Shown piece by piece: positions 26,750 to 35,971 of a stretch of DNA of 36,890 bases. Numbering within the stretch: position 1 is the first letter of the stretch; every line of letters begins with the position of its first letter. Made by a program: the position numbers and the translations under genes. Under the pieces are notes generated by a model. That model was given only the letters and a program-made list of their open reading frames with translations. It searched no databases and was not told where the DNA came from. The stretch lies in contig JAHZGZ010000163.1 of NCBI GenBank assembly GCA_019420545.1, forward strand, positions 1-36,890, in the 5' to 3' direction. The DNA is from Bacteroidales bacterium. GTDB lineage: Bacteria; Bacteroidota; Bacteroidia; Bacteroidales; Muribaculaceae.

Positions 26750-29032
26750 TTACTTTATTTTCTCGGCGCTGTCGGCCGGCCCGACAATCCACAGCACATC
26801 CTCGGACTCAAACTGCGTGGTGCCGTCGGGATGCATATAGGTGCCGTCGGGGCGCTGTATGGCCACCAGCAGCACCTTGTACTTGTCGCGCAGCTGCCCC
26901 GTGGCCGAGGTCTTGCCGATAAGGGGCGACGCGGGCGACAGCTGCACATTCGTCAGCTTTATATCGGCCATAGCGGGAGAGTCGGGTTCGGAGTCATCGG
27001 CCCGTTCCATCACAGGGAGCACGCTCTCGATCTGGTCGTCGGTGCCGATTATGCCGAGCGTGTCGCCGGGGAATATTCGCATGGTGCCGTTGGGCACAAG
27101 CAGCGTGTGGCCCCCCCTCTGTATACTCGCCACATTTACGCCGTAGCGCTTGCGCAGGTTGGAATCCATGAGCCTGTCGCCAACGAACGGGCACCCGTAG
27201 CCCACGGTCATAAACGCCAGATGCATGTCGCTCACCAGATTGTTGTTTTTGCCGGAGCGACGCAGCTCGCGCTCGTTGAGATTGTCGAAGAAACGCATCT
27301 CCATATGCTGGAGCCTCTTGCGCAGACGGCCGGAGAACGTGCCCAACAGCGCTATGAAGATCACGAGGCCCACTATCCAGCCCACGCGCATGGAGTGGAT
27401 GGCACTGATGGTATATATGATGAAGCCAAGCGCCAGAAGCAGGCGGAAAACGGTCATCACGATCAGCGGCACGTCAAAATGGGCGTTGGCGGCTACCAGA
27501 CGCTCGCGCTCGGTCTTGCGCGATGCCGGCATGGCCAGCGCAAGCAGGAACGGTGCCATGAGCAGCAGTGTTATCACCGAGGTGATAAACCGGCCCCAGC
27601 CCTGAGAAAAATCAAGCAGCATCGGCTCCAGATACTTCAGGCATAGGAGCATTATTGCGATAAGCACACTGCTGTACAGCAGGATACGCCATATATATCG
27701 CTTGAGCACCGACACCCACAGCACCTTGGTCTCGCTCTCGGCATTGGCGCTGACACTGTAGCGCTCTATAAGGAAGTGCAGCCGCTTAGGCAGATGACGT
27801 TCCACGAAATTATAGGCCGGATCGGCCATACGTATGAAATAGGGTGTGGTGAATGTAGTAAGCACCGACACGGCCACCACTATAGGATAGATGGTAGGAT
27901 CGAGCACTCCGAGCGACATGCCGAGCGAAGCTATGATGAAGGCGAACTCACCGATCTGTGTAAGCGAGAAGCCCGACTCCATGGCGATGCGCAGCGGCTG
28001 ACCGGTGATGAGCATGCCGAACGTGCCGAACACGATCATACCCACGATCACCGCCCCCGAAAGCAGCAGAATGGGCCAGAAATACTCTACGATGACATGC
28101 AGGTCGACCATCATGCCCACAGAGATGAAGAATACCGCGCCGAAAAGATCCTTTACCGGACTTACGACAGCCTCGATCGACTCGGCATAACTCATGCCGG
28201 CGATAATCGAACCCATGACAAACGCGCCGAGCGCAAGCGAGAAACCGCAGTATACCGAGAATACGGCCATGCCGAAGCACAGGCCGAGCGACACTATCAG
28301 CAGCGTCTCATTGTTGAGATACCGCCTGACTCCGTTGAACAGCGACGGAAGCATGTATACCCCCACGATAAACCATATTATGAGGAAAAATACCAGCTTG
28401 GCCACGCTGAACAGCAGTTCCGTGCCCTCCACGCTGTTGTTGATGGCGATCGACGACAGCACAACCATCATAAGCACGGCAAACAGGTCCTCGACGATGA
28501 GCACGGCAAACACAAGCGAGGCAAATTTCTTCTGCCGCAGTCCCAGGTCTGTAAATGCCTTGATGATGATCGTCGTCGACGACATCGACAGCATTCCTCC
28601 GAGAAACATGCTGTTCATATGCGAGAAGTGCAGCAGATGACCTATGGCAAAGCCCGTACACATCATCCCTATCACGATTATCAGCGCCGTGACCACCGCC
28701 GAGCCACCCGTATTGAGCAGTTTCTTGAAACTGAACTCCAGACCGAGCGAGAACAGAAGCACAACTATGCCAAGCTGAGCCCAGAATTCGATATTGCTCT
28801 CTGTGGTAACCGACGGCAGATAATGGAAATGCGGGCTCGCAAGGAATCCCGCAACGATATAGCCAAGCACTACAGGCTGTTTGAGCCACTTGAAAAGCAC
28901 CGTCACCACGGCGCCAAGCAACAGGATGAACGCAAGGTCTCTTACCAGGCTCTCGACCTGCACATCGCTCATCTCGCCGCCGTCGGCAGGAACTTCACCC
29001 GTCGCGGCGGCCATTATCAGACTTAATAGCAT
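26750..29032 (-). CDS. CPA2 cation:proton antiporter with two C-terminal TrkA-C (RCK-C) domains
   Basis: QPVVLGYIVAG, LLFSLGLEFS, SSTTII, EDLFAV, FFISVGM and QIGEFAF, then VASIQRG...P...IFPGD.L and LVAIQR...P...DVLWIVG. Confidence 0.92.
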   Translation of the reverse strand: MLLSLIMAAATGEVPADGGEMSDVQVESLVRDLAFILLLGAVVTVLFKWLKQPVVLGYIVAGFLASPHFHYLPSVTTESNIEFWAQLGIVVLLFSLGLEFSFKKLLNTGGSAVVTALIIVIGMMCTGFAIGHLLHFSHMNSMFLGGMLSMSSTTIIIKAFTDLGLRQKKFASLVFAVLIVEDLFAVLMMVVLSSIAINNSVEGTELLFSVAKLVFFLIIWFIVGVYMLPSLFNGVRRYLNNETLLIVSLGLCFGMAVFSVYCGFSLALGAFVMGSIIAGMSYAESIEAVVSPVKDLFGAVFFISVGMMVDLHVIVEYFWPILLLSGAVIVGMIVFGTFGMLITGQPLRIAMESGFSLTQIGEFAFIIASLGMSLGVLDPTIYPIVVAVSVLTTFTTPYFIRMADPAYNFVERHLPKRLHFLIERYSVSANAESETKVLWVSVLKRYIWRILLYSSVLIAIMLLCLKYLEPMLLDFSQGWGRFITSVITLLLMAPFLLALAMPASRKTERERLVAANAHFDVPLIVMTVFRLLLALGFIIYTISAIHSMRVGWIVGLVIFIALLGTFSGRLRKRLQHMEMRFFDNLNERELRRSGKNNNLVSDMHLAFMTVGYGCPFVGDRLMDSNLRKRYGVNVASIQRGGHTLLVPNGTMRIFPGDTLGIIGTDDQIESVLPVMERADDSEPDSPAMADIKLTNVQLSPASPLIGKTSATGQLRDKYKVLLVAIQRPDGTYMHPDGTTQFESEDVLWIVGPADSAEKIK

Positions 29033-29079
29033 CTGTCGTTATTGAATATTCGGTTAGATGCCGGATATATAATCCGGAT

Positions 29080-29817
29080 TTATATTGACACCTGGTTGCC
29101 GAGCGAGATGGCCACGGTGGGCTTCACATTGCGCAGTTCGGCAAACAGTTTCATATAGTCAGTGCGTTCCCTTACCAGTACCACCAGATTGAGACGCGTG
29201 ACGGGTTCTATGTAGTCATACTCCACATACACATTGCTGAGATGCACATGGTGGCGGGCAAGCACCTCGCGGTAGCCCTCGATATCCTCGGCGATAACCG
29301 ACAGTTTGAGCCGTATGATGCGCGACTCCACGCCGGAGTGCATGTAGTGCTCCCAGCGCTCCATCACCACGAGCACCACCAGTATAAGCCCCGTGGTGAT
29401 GACCGCAAGCCAGTACAGCCCCACGCCGACGGCCATGCCGATAGCAGCGATTATCCAGATGCCCGCCGCGGTGGTAAGGCCGCGCACCGACCCTTTCATC
29501 TGTATGATCGCACCCGCACCGAGAAAACCGATGCCGGTAACCACCTGCGCGGCGATACGTCCGGGGTCGCCGTTCTTCAGGCCCATGTACTCCTGCGGTA
29601 CATAGATCGACAGAATCATCGCCAGCGTGGCACCCATGGCGATAAGAGCGAATGTGCGCACGCCGGCTATCTGCCCCTTGCGTTTGCGCTCGTAGCCGAC
29701 ACAGCAGCCGAGCAGCAGGCTCAGACAGAGCTTGAACACCGACGAGGTGGTGTTCACCTCGATCGACGTAATGTCGGCCACGAAGTCCGACCACAGACAT
29801 ACGTCACAAATCATCAT
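29080..29817 (-). CDS. MgtC/SapB family membrane protein
   Basis: GYER...AGVRTF, DPGRIAAQVVTGIGFLGAG and GLTTAAGIW. Confidence 0.93.
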   Translation of the reverse strand: MMICDVCLWSDFVADITSIEVNTTSSVFKLCLSLLLGCCVGYERKRKGQIAGVRTFALIAMGATLAMILSIYVPQEYMGLKNGDPGRIAAQVVTGIGFLGAGAIIQMKGSVRGLTTAAGIWIIAAIGMAVGVGLYWLAVITTGLILVVLVVMERWEHYMHSGVESRIIRLKLSVIAEDIEGYREVLARHHVHLSNVYVEYDYIEPVTRLNLVVLVRERTDYMKLFAELRNVKPTVAISLGNQVSI

Positions 29818-29877
29818 ACCGTTTTGACTGTCGATTAGAGTATGTTTACTCTTAGATTTCCCGTACCGTAGGCACGC

Positions 29878-30822
29878 TTATTTCTTCATCGTGAACTTGC
29901 GCGATGCCAGACGGTAGTTGTCAGCAAACAGTTCCACGAGATAGTCGCCGGGGGTAAGAGCCATGTTTACGTCCCAGTAAATTCTGATGCCGGAAATCTC
30001 TTCACCGGCATATTCGATGGTCTTGCGGGCCGTGCACTGGAGCGACGCGCCCTCAAACGAGAAGCGGCCGCCTGCGCCGAGCAGAGTGCCCTCGGGCGAC
30101 GTGATGCGCAGATATATTGTCTTTTCGCCCACCGGGGTCGAGTTGTTCTGAGGGATGGTGAAAGTCACCTCAAGCTGCTTGGCCTTGGTGATGTTCTTCT
30201 CAACCTTGCCGTTCTTTTTCAGACCGATGAGCTGCACGCCGGTCACATTGAGCTTCTCGGCGAGCACCATGCGCTCCGACAGGGCCTCCACGCGCTTGGT
30301 CTGCGACTCAACGCGGCTGCTCAGCTGCTGGTTGCGCTGCTTGATTTCAGTGTTTTCCTCGCGCAGGGCGGCATTCTCCTTGCCCAGCGAGTCGATCTGA
30401 GCCACATAGTGGCGGAGGATGTTCTTCAGAGTGCCGATCTCGTCCTGAAGCTGCTTGATGCGCTTCGAGCTCTTCTGCTTCTCGCTGTTAAGTTCCTGGA
30501 GCAGTTTCTCCACCTTCGACTTGGCGGCGGCATACTTAGTCACCAGCGAGTCGTTGGCGAGCAGCTGCGACTGGTTCTCATACTGCGCATACTGCGCGTC
30601 GAGCACCTGATATTCATTGGCCAGCGACAGTTGCTCGTTGGTCAGCTGCAACTGTTCGTTGGCAAGTTTCATAGCCTCGTTCTCGCGATGCATTTTCGTT
30701 GTGGTCATGACCATAGCCGCAATCACTCCGATAAGGAGCAGCGCAATCACCACGATAACAATCATTGTCGTCTTCGACTTCTTCGCCGAAGCTCTGTTGT
30801 AATCCTCAAATTTCTCGTCCAT
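29878..30822 (-). CDS. Conserved hypothetical protein: single TM anchor, long coiled coil and C-terminal beta domain
   Basis: 314 aa with TM IVIVVIALLLIGVIAAMV, a heptad-rich region at about residues 45-190 and an Ig-like end LTPGDYLVELFAD. Confidence 0.75.
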   Translation of the reverse strand: MDEKFEDYNRASAKKSKTTMIVIVVIALLLIGVIAAMVMTTTKMHRENEAMKLANEQLQLTNEQLSLANEYQVLDAQYAQYENQSQLLANDSLVTKYAAAKSKVEKLLQELNSEKQKSSKRIKQLQDEIGTLKNILRHYVAQIDSLGKENAALREENTEIKQRNQQLSSRVESQTKRVEALSERMVLAEKLNVTGVQLIGLKKNGKVEKNITKAKQLEVTFTIPQNNSTPVGEKTIYLRITSPEGTLLGAGGRFSFEGASLQCTARKTIEYAGEEISGIRIYWDVNMALTPGDYLVELFADNYRLASRKFTMKK

Positions 30823-30930
30823 GACTTATTATTGGGCCGTAATAGAATTAGAACTCCATCCTTTAACCGCAGACTCCTGCACAACACTCGCTCTGCTGCG
30901 GGCTTTTGCACATATGCCTCCGGATTTCAG

Positions 30931-30938
30931 CAAAGTTA
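30931..30938 (-). promoter_or_regulatory. -7 promoter element (TAACTTTG) for the coiled-coil/mgtC/CPA2/eamA cluster
   Basis: TAnnTTTG match about 110 nt upstream of the start. Confidence 0.6.
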
Positions 30939-31079
30939 CAAACTTTCTTCCATAACCCAAAATTCCGTTGGCCGCCTTACCTGCTTTGGGCCGTGCAGGC
31001 GCGTCAGCGCGCCACATGCGCCTGCGGTCCGCCGTCCTGTTCATCGGCGAGCTCGCCGATGCCCCACTCCCTTGCTCCG

Positions 31080-31124
31080 AAAAAGTTGCCGGGCCGCAAT
31101 GTGCGATGCACGCTGCGGCCCGGC
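31080..31124 (-). terminator. Intrinsic terminator after tsf
   Basis: GCCGGGCCGCA...TGCGGCCCGGC stem with a nearby U-tract on the minus strand. Confidence 0.8.
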
Positions 31125-31153
31125 TATAAATAATTGTTATGACTATCGGGGGA

Positions 31154-32146
31154 TTAGTCGGCGTTGAGGTTGACGCGCTTGAAAGCTACGGCAACGAGGC
31201 CCTTCTGGCTCTGCTCGAGGAACTGACCTACCGACAGCTTGCTGTCCTGTACGTACTCCTGCTCCATGAGGCAGCTTTCCTTGAAGAACTTGTTGAGACG
31301 GCCGTTGGCGATATTCTGGATCATTGCCTCGGGGAGGTTTGCAGCCTTTGCCTCGGCGGTCTCCTTCATGATCTGACGGGCTTTTACGGCATCGTCCTCG
31401 GTGATCCACCCCTTGGTGATGTTCGACTCGATGTGATCCTCCGAATCGAAGTGGTTGGGGTTGAGACCGGCCTTCTTCAGAGCGGCTTCCACAGCCTTCT
31501 TGATCTGCTCCTGCTTGGTCTTCTCAACAGCCACTGCGATCTCCTGATCGATGGTAGCCTGGGGAACATCCTCGCGGCTTACGGCAACGGGGTTCATCGA
31601 AGCGATCTGCATGCAGATCTCGCGGCCGATCTGGGCGTCGACATCGGGAAGGTTGAAGCCTACGATAGCGGCGAGCTTGTTGTTGAAGTGGTTGTAGGCG
31701 GCGGTGGTGGGAGCCTCTACTACTTCGTAAGCGCCGATCTCGGTCTTCTCGCCGGTCTTGCCTGACTCCTCGGTAACGAGGTCGGCAACGGTGGTACCGT
31801 CAACGGTAACAGCCTTGAGCTCGTCTACGGTCTTGCAGCGGTTGGCCACTGCGAGATCGAGAAGCTTCTTGGCAAGGTTTACGAAGCCTTCGTTCTTTGC
31901 TACGAAGTCAGTCTCGCAGTTGAGGGCGAGGATAGCGGCGAAGTTGCCTTCGTTCTTCGAGAGAACGCAACCCTCGGCGGCCTGGCGGTCTTCGCGCTTG
32001 GCGGCAACTGCCTGACCCTTCTTGCGGAGGATCTCTACGGCTGCGTCCATGTCGCCGTTGGCTTCGGCGAGAGCTTTCTTGCAGTCCATCAGGCCGGCGC
32101 TTGTAAGGTGGCGCAGCTTGGTGATTTCTGCCATTGTAACTGCCAT
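31154..32146 (-). CDS. tsf: Elongation factor Ts
   Basis: LRHLTSAGLMDCKKAL, AAEG, NCETDFVAKN and MQIASMNP; lies downstream of rpsB. Confidence 0.98.
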   Translation of the reverse strand: MAVTMAEITKLRHLTSAGLMDCKKALAEANGDMDAAVEILRKKGQAVAAKREDRQAAEGCVLSKNEGNFAAILALNCETDFVAKNEGFVNLAKKLLDLAVANRCKTVDELKAVTVDGTTVADLVTEESGKTGEKTEIGAYEVVEAPTTAAYNHFNNKLAAIVGFNLPDVDAQIGREICMQIASMNPVAVSREDVPQATIDQEIAVAVEKTKQEQIKKAVEAALKKAGLNPNHFDSEDHIESNITKGWITEDDAVKARQIMKETAEAKAANLPEAMIQNIANGRLNKFFKESCLMEQEYVQDSKLSVGQFLEQSQKGLVAVAFKRVNLNAD

Positions 32147-32197
32147 ATTCTTTAAGATTTTAGCGGTTCGTAAATAATTTTCGGGGTGGAGGGGCTA

Positions 32198-33037
32198 TTA
32201 AGCCTCTGCCTCGGGAGCGGCCTCTTCAACCTCTGCCTTTACCTCAACTTCGGCGGGAGCCTCTTCCTCGTTGCGACGGGCAACACGGCGACGGCCACGG
32301 GGAGCCTGTGCGGGAGCCTCTTCGTCGGCGGGGGCGTCGGCCTTCTCGGCCTTGCGCTCCTCCAGACCCTCGGCCATGGCTGCTACTACAGAGTCGAGGA
32401 TAAGCTCGATCGACTTTGAAGCGTCGTCGTTGGCGGGGATCACGAAGTCAACGTTGTTGGGGTTGGAGTTGGTGTCGACCATAGCGAACACGGGGATACC
32501 CAGACGGTTGGCCTCGGCTACGGCGATGTGCTCCTTGAGCACGTCGACTACGAAGAGGGCCGAGGGAAGACGGTTGAGGTCGGCGATAGAGCCGAGAGTC
32601 TTCTCAAGCTTGGCGCGCTGACGGCTGATCTGGAGCTTCTCGCGCTTCGACAGGTTGTCGAATGTACCGTCCTTCGACATCTTGTCGATGTTGGCCATCT
32701 TCTTTACGGCCTTGCGGATGGTGGGGAAGTTGGTCAGCATGCCGCCGGGCCAGCGCTCGATTACGTAGGGCATGTTGATCTGCGATGCCTTGTCGGCGAT
32801 CACTTGTTTGGCCTGCTTTTTGGTGGCTACGAAGAGTACCTTCTTGCCAGCCTTTGCTATGCTCTTGAGAGCAGCCGATGCTTCTTCGAGCTTGGCGGCT
32901 GTCTTGTAGAGATCGATGATGTGGATACCGTTGCGCTCCATGAAGATGTAGGGGGCCATGGCCGGATTCCATTTACGCTTGAGGTGGCCGAAGTGGCAAC
33001 CTGCTTCAAGGAGCTGTTCAAATGTAGGTGTTGACAT
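32198..33037 (-). CDS. rpsB: 30S ribosomal protein S2
   Basis: LLEAGCHFGH..KWNP.M, RWPGGMLTN, DTNSNP and IPANDD. Confidence 0.98.
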   Translation of the reverse strand: MSTPTFEQLLEAGCHFGHLKRKWNPAMAPYIFMERNGIHIIDLYKTAAKLEEASAALKSIAKAGKKVLFVATKKQAKQVIADKASQINMPYVIERWPGGMLTNFPTIRKAVKKMANIDKMSKDGTFDNLSKREKLQISRQRAKLEKTLGSIADLNRLPSALFVVDVLKEHIAVAEANRLGIPVFAMVDTNSNPNNVDFVIPANDDASKSIELILDSVVAAMAEGLEERKAEKADAPADEEAPAQAPRGRRRVARRNEEEAPAEVEVKAEVEEAAPEAEA

Positions 33038-33130
33038 TTGTGTTGTTGGATGTTGTTTACGTTCTGTTAATTTTACAACCTCGGGGTAGGGAACGTGTCC
33101 ATCGCCGCGGTTTAGATGCTAAACACTGTT
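33038..33130 (-). promoter_or_regulatory. Candidate rpsB leader RNA
   Basis: 162-nt rpsI-rpsB spacer containing overlapping stems at 33110-33124 and 33077-33112. Confidence 0.4.
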
Positions 33131-33199
33131 GAGGAGGGAGATAATGGGTTTATGCGGATATTTCCTCAGGCGGTGAAGGCCGCCGAAAGGGAATATACA

Positions 33200-33586
33200 T
33201 TAACGCTTGGAGAACTGGAAACGCTTGCGTGCCTTGGGCTGACCGGGCTTCTTACGCTCTACAGCGCGCGGGTCGCGGGTCATGAAGCCTTCTGCACGGA
33301 GTGCGGGCTTGTCCTCGGGGTTTACCTTTACGAGGGCGCGGGCGATTGCCAGACGAAGGGCCTCGGCCTGGCCTTTGTAGCCGCCGCCGTCGAGGTTTAC
33401 CTTGATGTCATATTTGCCTTCTGCGTCGAGGGTAGCCAGAGGCTGCTTTACGATATACTGAAGTATAGACGAGGGGAAATATACTTCGAGGGGACGCTTG
33501 TTGATGGTGATGGTGCCATTGCCCTCGCCCATGATCACGCGGGCGATAGCGGCCTTGCGACGGCCTACTGCATTAACCTTTTCCAT
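33200..33586 (-). CDS. rpsI: 30S ribosomal protein S9
   Basis: GRRKAAIAR, GGGYKGQAEA and ERKKPG..KARKRFQFSKR. Confidence 0.98.
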   Translation of the reverse strand: MEKVNAVGRRKAAIARVIMGEGNGTITINKRPLEVYFPSSILQYIVKQPLATLDAEGKYDIKVNLDGGGYKGQAEALRLAIARALVKVNPEDKPALRAEGFMTRDPRAVERKKPGQPKARKRFQFSKR

Positions 33587-33591
33587 ACTTC

Positions 33592-34071
33592 TTATTTAAT
33601 GGTGTTGATGTCGATTACTTTGGGGTTCTGAGCTTCGTGGGGATGTGCCGGACCATTGTATACGTGCATGTTCTCGATGATCTGACGGCCCAGACGGTTC
33701 TTGGGAAGCATACCCTTTACCACCTTGATGAAAAGGGGATTGTAGCCGGGCTTGATGTGCTTGTTGAACGACTTCTTCTGGAGAAGCTCGGGGGTCGACA
33801 CGCGCTGGCCGCCGGGATAGCCGGTGTAGCGGAGATATTCGCGGTCGGTCCACTTGTTGCCGGTGAGACGAACCTTGTCGGCGTTGATGATGATTACATT
33901 GTCACCACACTCTACGAAGGGAGAGTAGGTGGGCTTGTTCTTGCCGCGAAGTATCATAGCGACAACTGAGCAAAGACGGCCGAGTACCTGATCGGTGGCG
34001 TCGATTACCACCCATTCGCGGTTGCACTGCTGCTCGTTGGGGGTTAATGTCTTGTAGCTTAAAGTATCCAC
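33592..34071 (-). CDS. rplM: 50S ribosomal protein L13
   Basis: WVVIDA...LGRL, LRGKNKP, GDNVIIINA, TGYPGG, VKGMLPKNRLG and HPHEAQNP; GTG start. Confidence 0.98.
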   Translation of the reverse strand: MDTLSYKTLTPNEQQCNREWVVIDATDQVLGRLCSVVAMILRGKNKPTYSPFVECGDNVIIINADKVRLTGNKWTDREYLRYTGYPGGQRVSTPELLQKKSFNKHIKPGYNPLFIKVVKGMLPKNRLGRQIIENMHVYNGPAHPHEAQNPKVIDINTIK

Positions 34072-34187
34072 GTTAAATCTTTAATTAATAGATGATTAAT
34101 CTGATTTGCCGTTGAGTCGCGTTCGGCCAAAAACACTTCTCCGTGCAAATCAATGCATTAATTGGACATAATCGGTGTGCAAAGGTA
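34072..34187 (-). promoter_or_regulatory. rplM promoter (TACCTTTG at 34180-34187) and candidate L13 leader hairpin
   Basis: TAnnTTTG match. Stem TGATTTGC/GCAAATCA (34102-34109 with 34145-34152) is extended by ATTAAT/ATTAAT. Confidence 0.6.
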
Positions 34188-34286
34188 CGACTTTTTAATC
34201 ACCCAGCAAAACAATTTTAATCATTTTTAACCCTTACTCTCTCACCACCCCTCCCCATGATTCTTCCTTTTCACCAACCGTGCCTG

Positions 34287-34309
34287 GGAGGGCGGCGCTT
34301 TAGCCCGCC
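34287..34309 (+). repeat. Possible single REP-like palindrome
   Basis: GGAG foot followed by the imperfect hairpin GGCGGCGC-TTTA-GCCCGCC in an intergenic region. Confidence 0.3.
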
Positions 34310-34441
34310 GCGCCAGTCCTGCTCCTCGCGAAAATCTCCATCCCGTAAACCCTCGCCTTTCGCGCGCGTTACTATAATATATAATATCAGAACCAGGCGC
34401 GTTTTTTCACCCCGGCTTGCCCGTTTCTCATTTATATTATC

Positions 34442-34449
34442 TAAATTTG
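34442..34449 (+). promoter_or_regulatory. -7 promoter element (TAAATTTG) for kdsD-pfkB-like-ribH
   Basis: TAnnTTTG match about 22 nt upstream of ATG 34472. Confidence 0.65.
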
Positions 34450-34471
34450 CATTGATTAACATAAATACACT

Positions 34472-35077
34472 ATGACCGACGTTCAAGAATCGATGCGGCA
34501 CATCCTCAAGTGCGAAAGCGACGCCATACTCAACATACCCGTCTCCGACGCCTACGACCGTGCTGTAGAACTGATTATAGAGCATGTCCACCGGCGACGG
34601 GGCAAGCTTGTGACTTCCGGAATGGGCAAAGCCGGACAGATCGCCATGAACATCGCAACGACATTCTCCTCTACAGGAACTCCCGCCGTAAACCTCCATC
34701 CCAGCGAGGCTCAGCACGGCGACCTCGGCGTCCTGCAACCCGACGATGTGATGCTTCTCATCAGCAATTCCGGAAAAACCTACGAGATCATCGCTCTTGT
34801 GGAACTTACCCACAATCTTTACCCGCAGATACCCCTCATAGTCATTACGGGCAACCCCGACAGTCCGCTCGCGGCCATCGCCGACGTGACCCTCTCGACC
34901 GGCGGATCTCCCGAAGTATGCCCCCTCGGCCTTACGCCCACCACATCCACCACCATGATGACCGTAATCGGCGACGTACTTGTGGTCAACGTGATGCGGC
35001 TCACCGGATTCACCCGTGAACAGTATGCCCTGCGCCACCACGGCGGCTACCTCGGCAAGAAATCCCGCGGCGAATAG
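34472..35077 (+). CDS. kdsD: SIS-domain arabinose-5-phosphate isomerase (KdsD/KpsF/GutQ family, no CBS domains)
   Basis: SGMGKAG.IA, STGTPA..LHPSEAQHGDLG, ISNSGKT.E, EVCPLGLTPTTST and HHGGYLG. Confidence 0.85.
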   Translation: MTDVQESMRHILKCESDAILNIPVSDAYDRAVELIIEHVHRRRGKLVTSGMGKAGQIAMNIATTFSSTGTPAVNLHPSEAQHGDLGVLQPDDVMLLISNSGKTYEIIALVELTHNLYPQIPLIVITGNPDSPLAAIADVTLSTGGSPEVCPLGLTPTTSTTMMTVIGDVLVVNVMRLTGFTREQYALRHHGGYLGKKSRGE

Positions 35078-35118
35078 CCGCCTCCACATTCCGGCCCCTA
35101 CCCTCCTCCGGCTATCTA

Positions 35119-35153
35119 CGAGGCCGAATAGGAGACGCGGTTTCCAACCGCGT
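35119..35153 (+). repeat. 35-bp direct repeat, copy 1 (REP-like hairpin)
   Basis: CGAGGCCGAATAGGAGACGCGGTTTCCAACCGCGT, identical to 35959-35993. Confidence 0.9.
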
Positions 35154-35182
35154 CATCACCCAGCGCGAAAACCCACTCTACA

Positions 35183-35971
35183 ATGCGTAAAATCATCATC
35201 ATAGGCGAAAGTGCCCTCCGCATCACCTACCATGGCAACACCCCCGTGGCCTCCGGTCCATGCGGAGTACTTCTCAACACAGCCGCTCTTCTCGGACGCC
35301 GCGGGCTGCCGGTAAGCTTTGTCAGCGAGCTTGCCGCCGATCAGGTCGGCGACATCATACTCGGGTTTCTGACCGACGCCGGAGTCGACACCCACAGCGT
35401 CGACCGCTTCACAGGAGGCTCTACCCAGTTGCAGCTGTCGTTTGACAACGGCCGCACATCGCGCTACGGCGACTACCGCGACGCCGCATTCACCGTAGTA
35501 TGGCCGCGCATCGACCCGGATGACATCCTCCTTTTCGGCGGAAACTACGCCGTCGATCCTCGCTCGCGCGCTCGCCTGTTTGAGATGGTACGCTACGCAC
35601 GCGAACGCCGTGCCACGGTAATCTACGTCCCCGACTTCGATCCCGCACGCGTGCGCAATATCACCCACCTCATGCCGGCCATTCTCGAAAGCTTCGAGGC
35701 GGCCGACATAGCCGTGACCACATCGACCGATCTCAGCGCCATCTTCGGCCTGTCAGATCCCGCCAAAGCCTTCCGCGACCATATCGCCTTCTACACCGAT
35801 ACCCTCCTCAACCTCGCCGGTGCCGATGCGGCATCCGACTGCGGAGAAACAGCCCCGACCCTCTCCGTCCATCGCCTTCCGTCGGCTGCCGAACTTCCGG
35901 CTCTCCCCTCCCCTGCCTCTCCCGCGCAGCTCCTCGCCTCTCTCGTGACCGCCCTCCCCGAGGCCGAATAG
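35183..35971 (+). CDS. PfkB/ribokinase-family carbohydrate kinase-like protein with a degenerate C-terminus
   Basis: IIIIGE, G...NTAALLGRRG...FVSELAADQVGD and DILLFG are present. The DTxGAGD signature is absent. Confidence 0.75.
   Translation: MRKIIIIGESALRITYHGNTPVASGPCGVLLNTAALLGRRGLPVSFVSELAADQVGDIILGFLTDAGVDTHSVDRFTGGSTQLQLSFDNGRTSRYGDYRDAAFTVVWPRIDPDDILLFGGNYAVDPRSRARLFEMVRYARERRATVIYVPDFDPARVRNITHLMPAILESFEAADIAVTTSTDLSAIFGLSDPAKAFRDHIAFYTDTLLNLAGADAASDCGETAPTLSVHRLPSAAELPALPSPASPAQLLASLVTALPEAE

Noticed and set aside
34472..35077. KdsD lacking CBS domains as a truncation
   Set aside because: SIS-only arabinose-5-phosphate isomerases are known in Bacteroides, and the ORF has a complete SIS domain.
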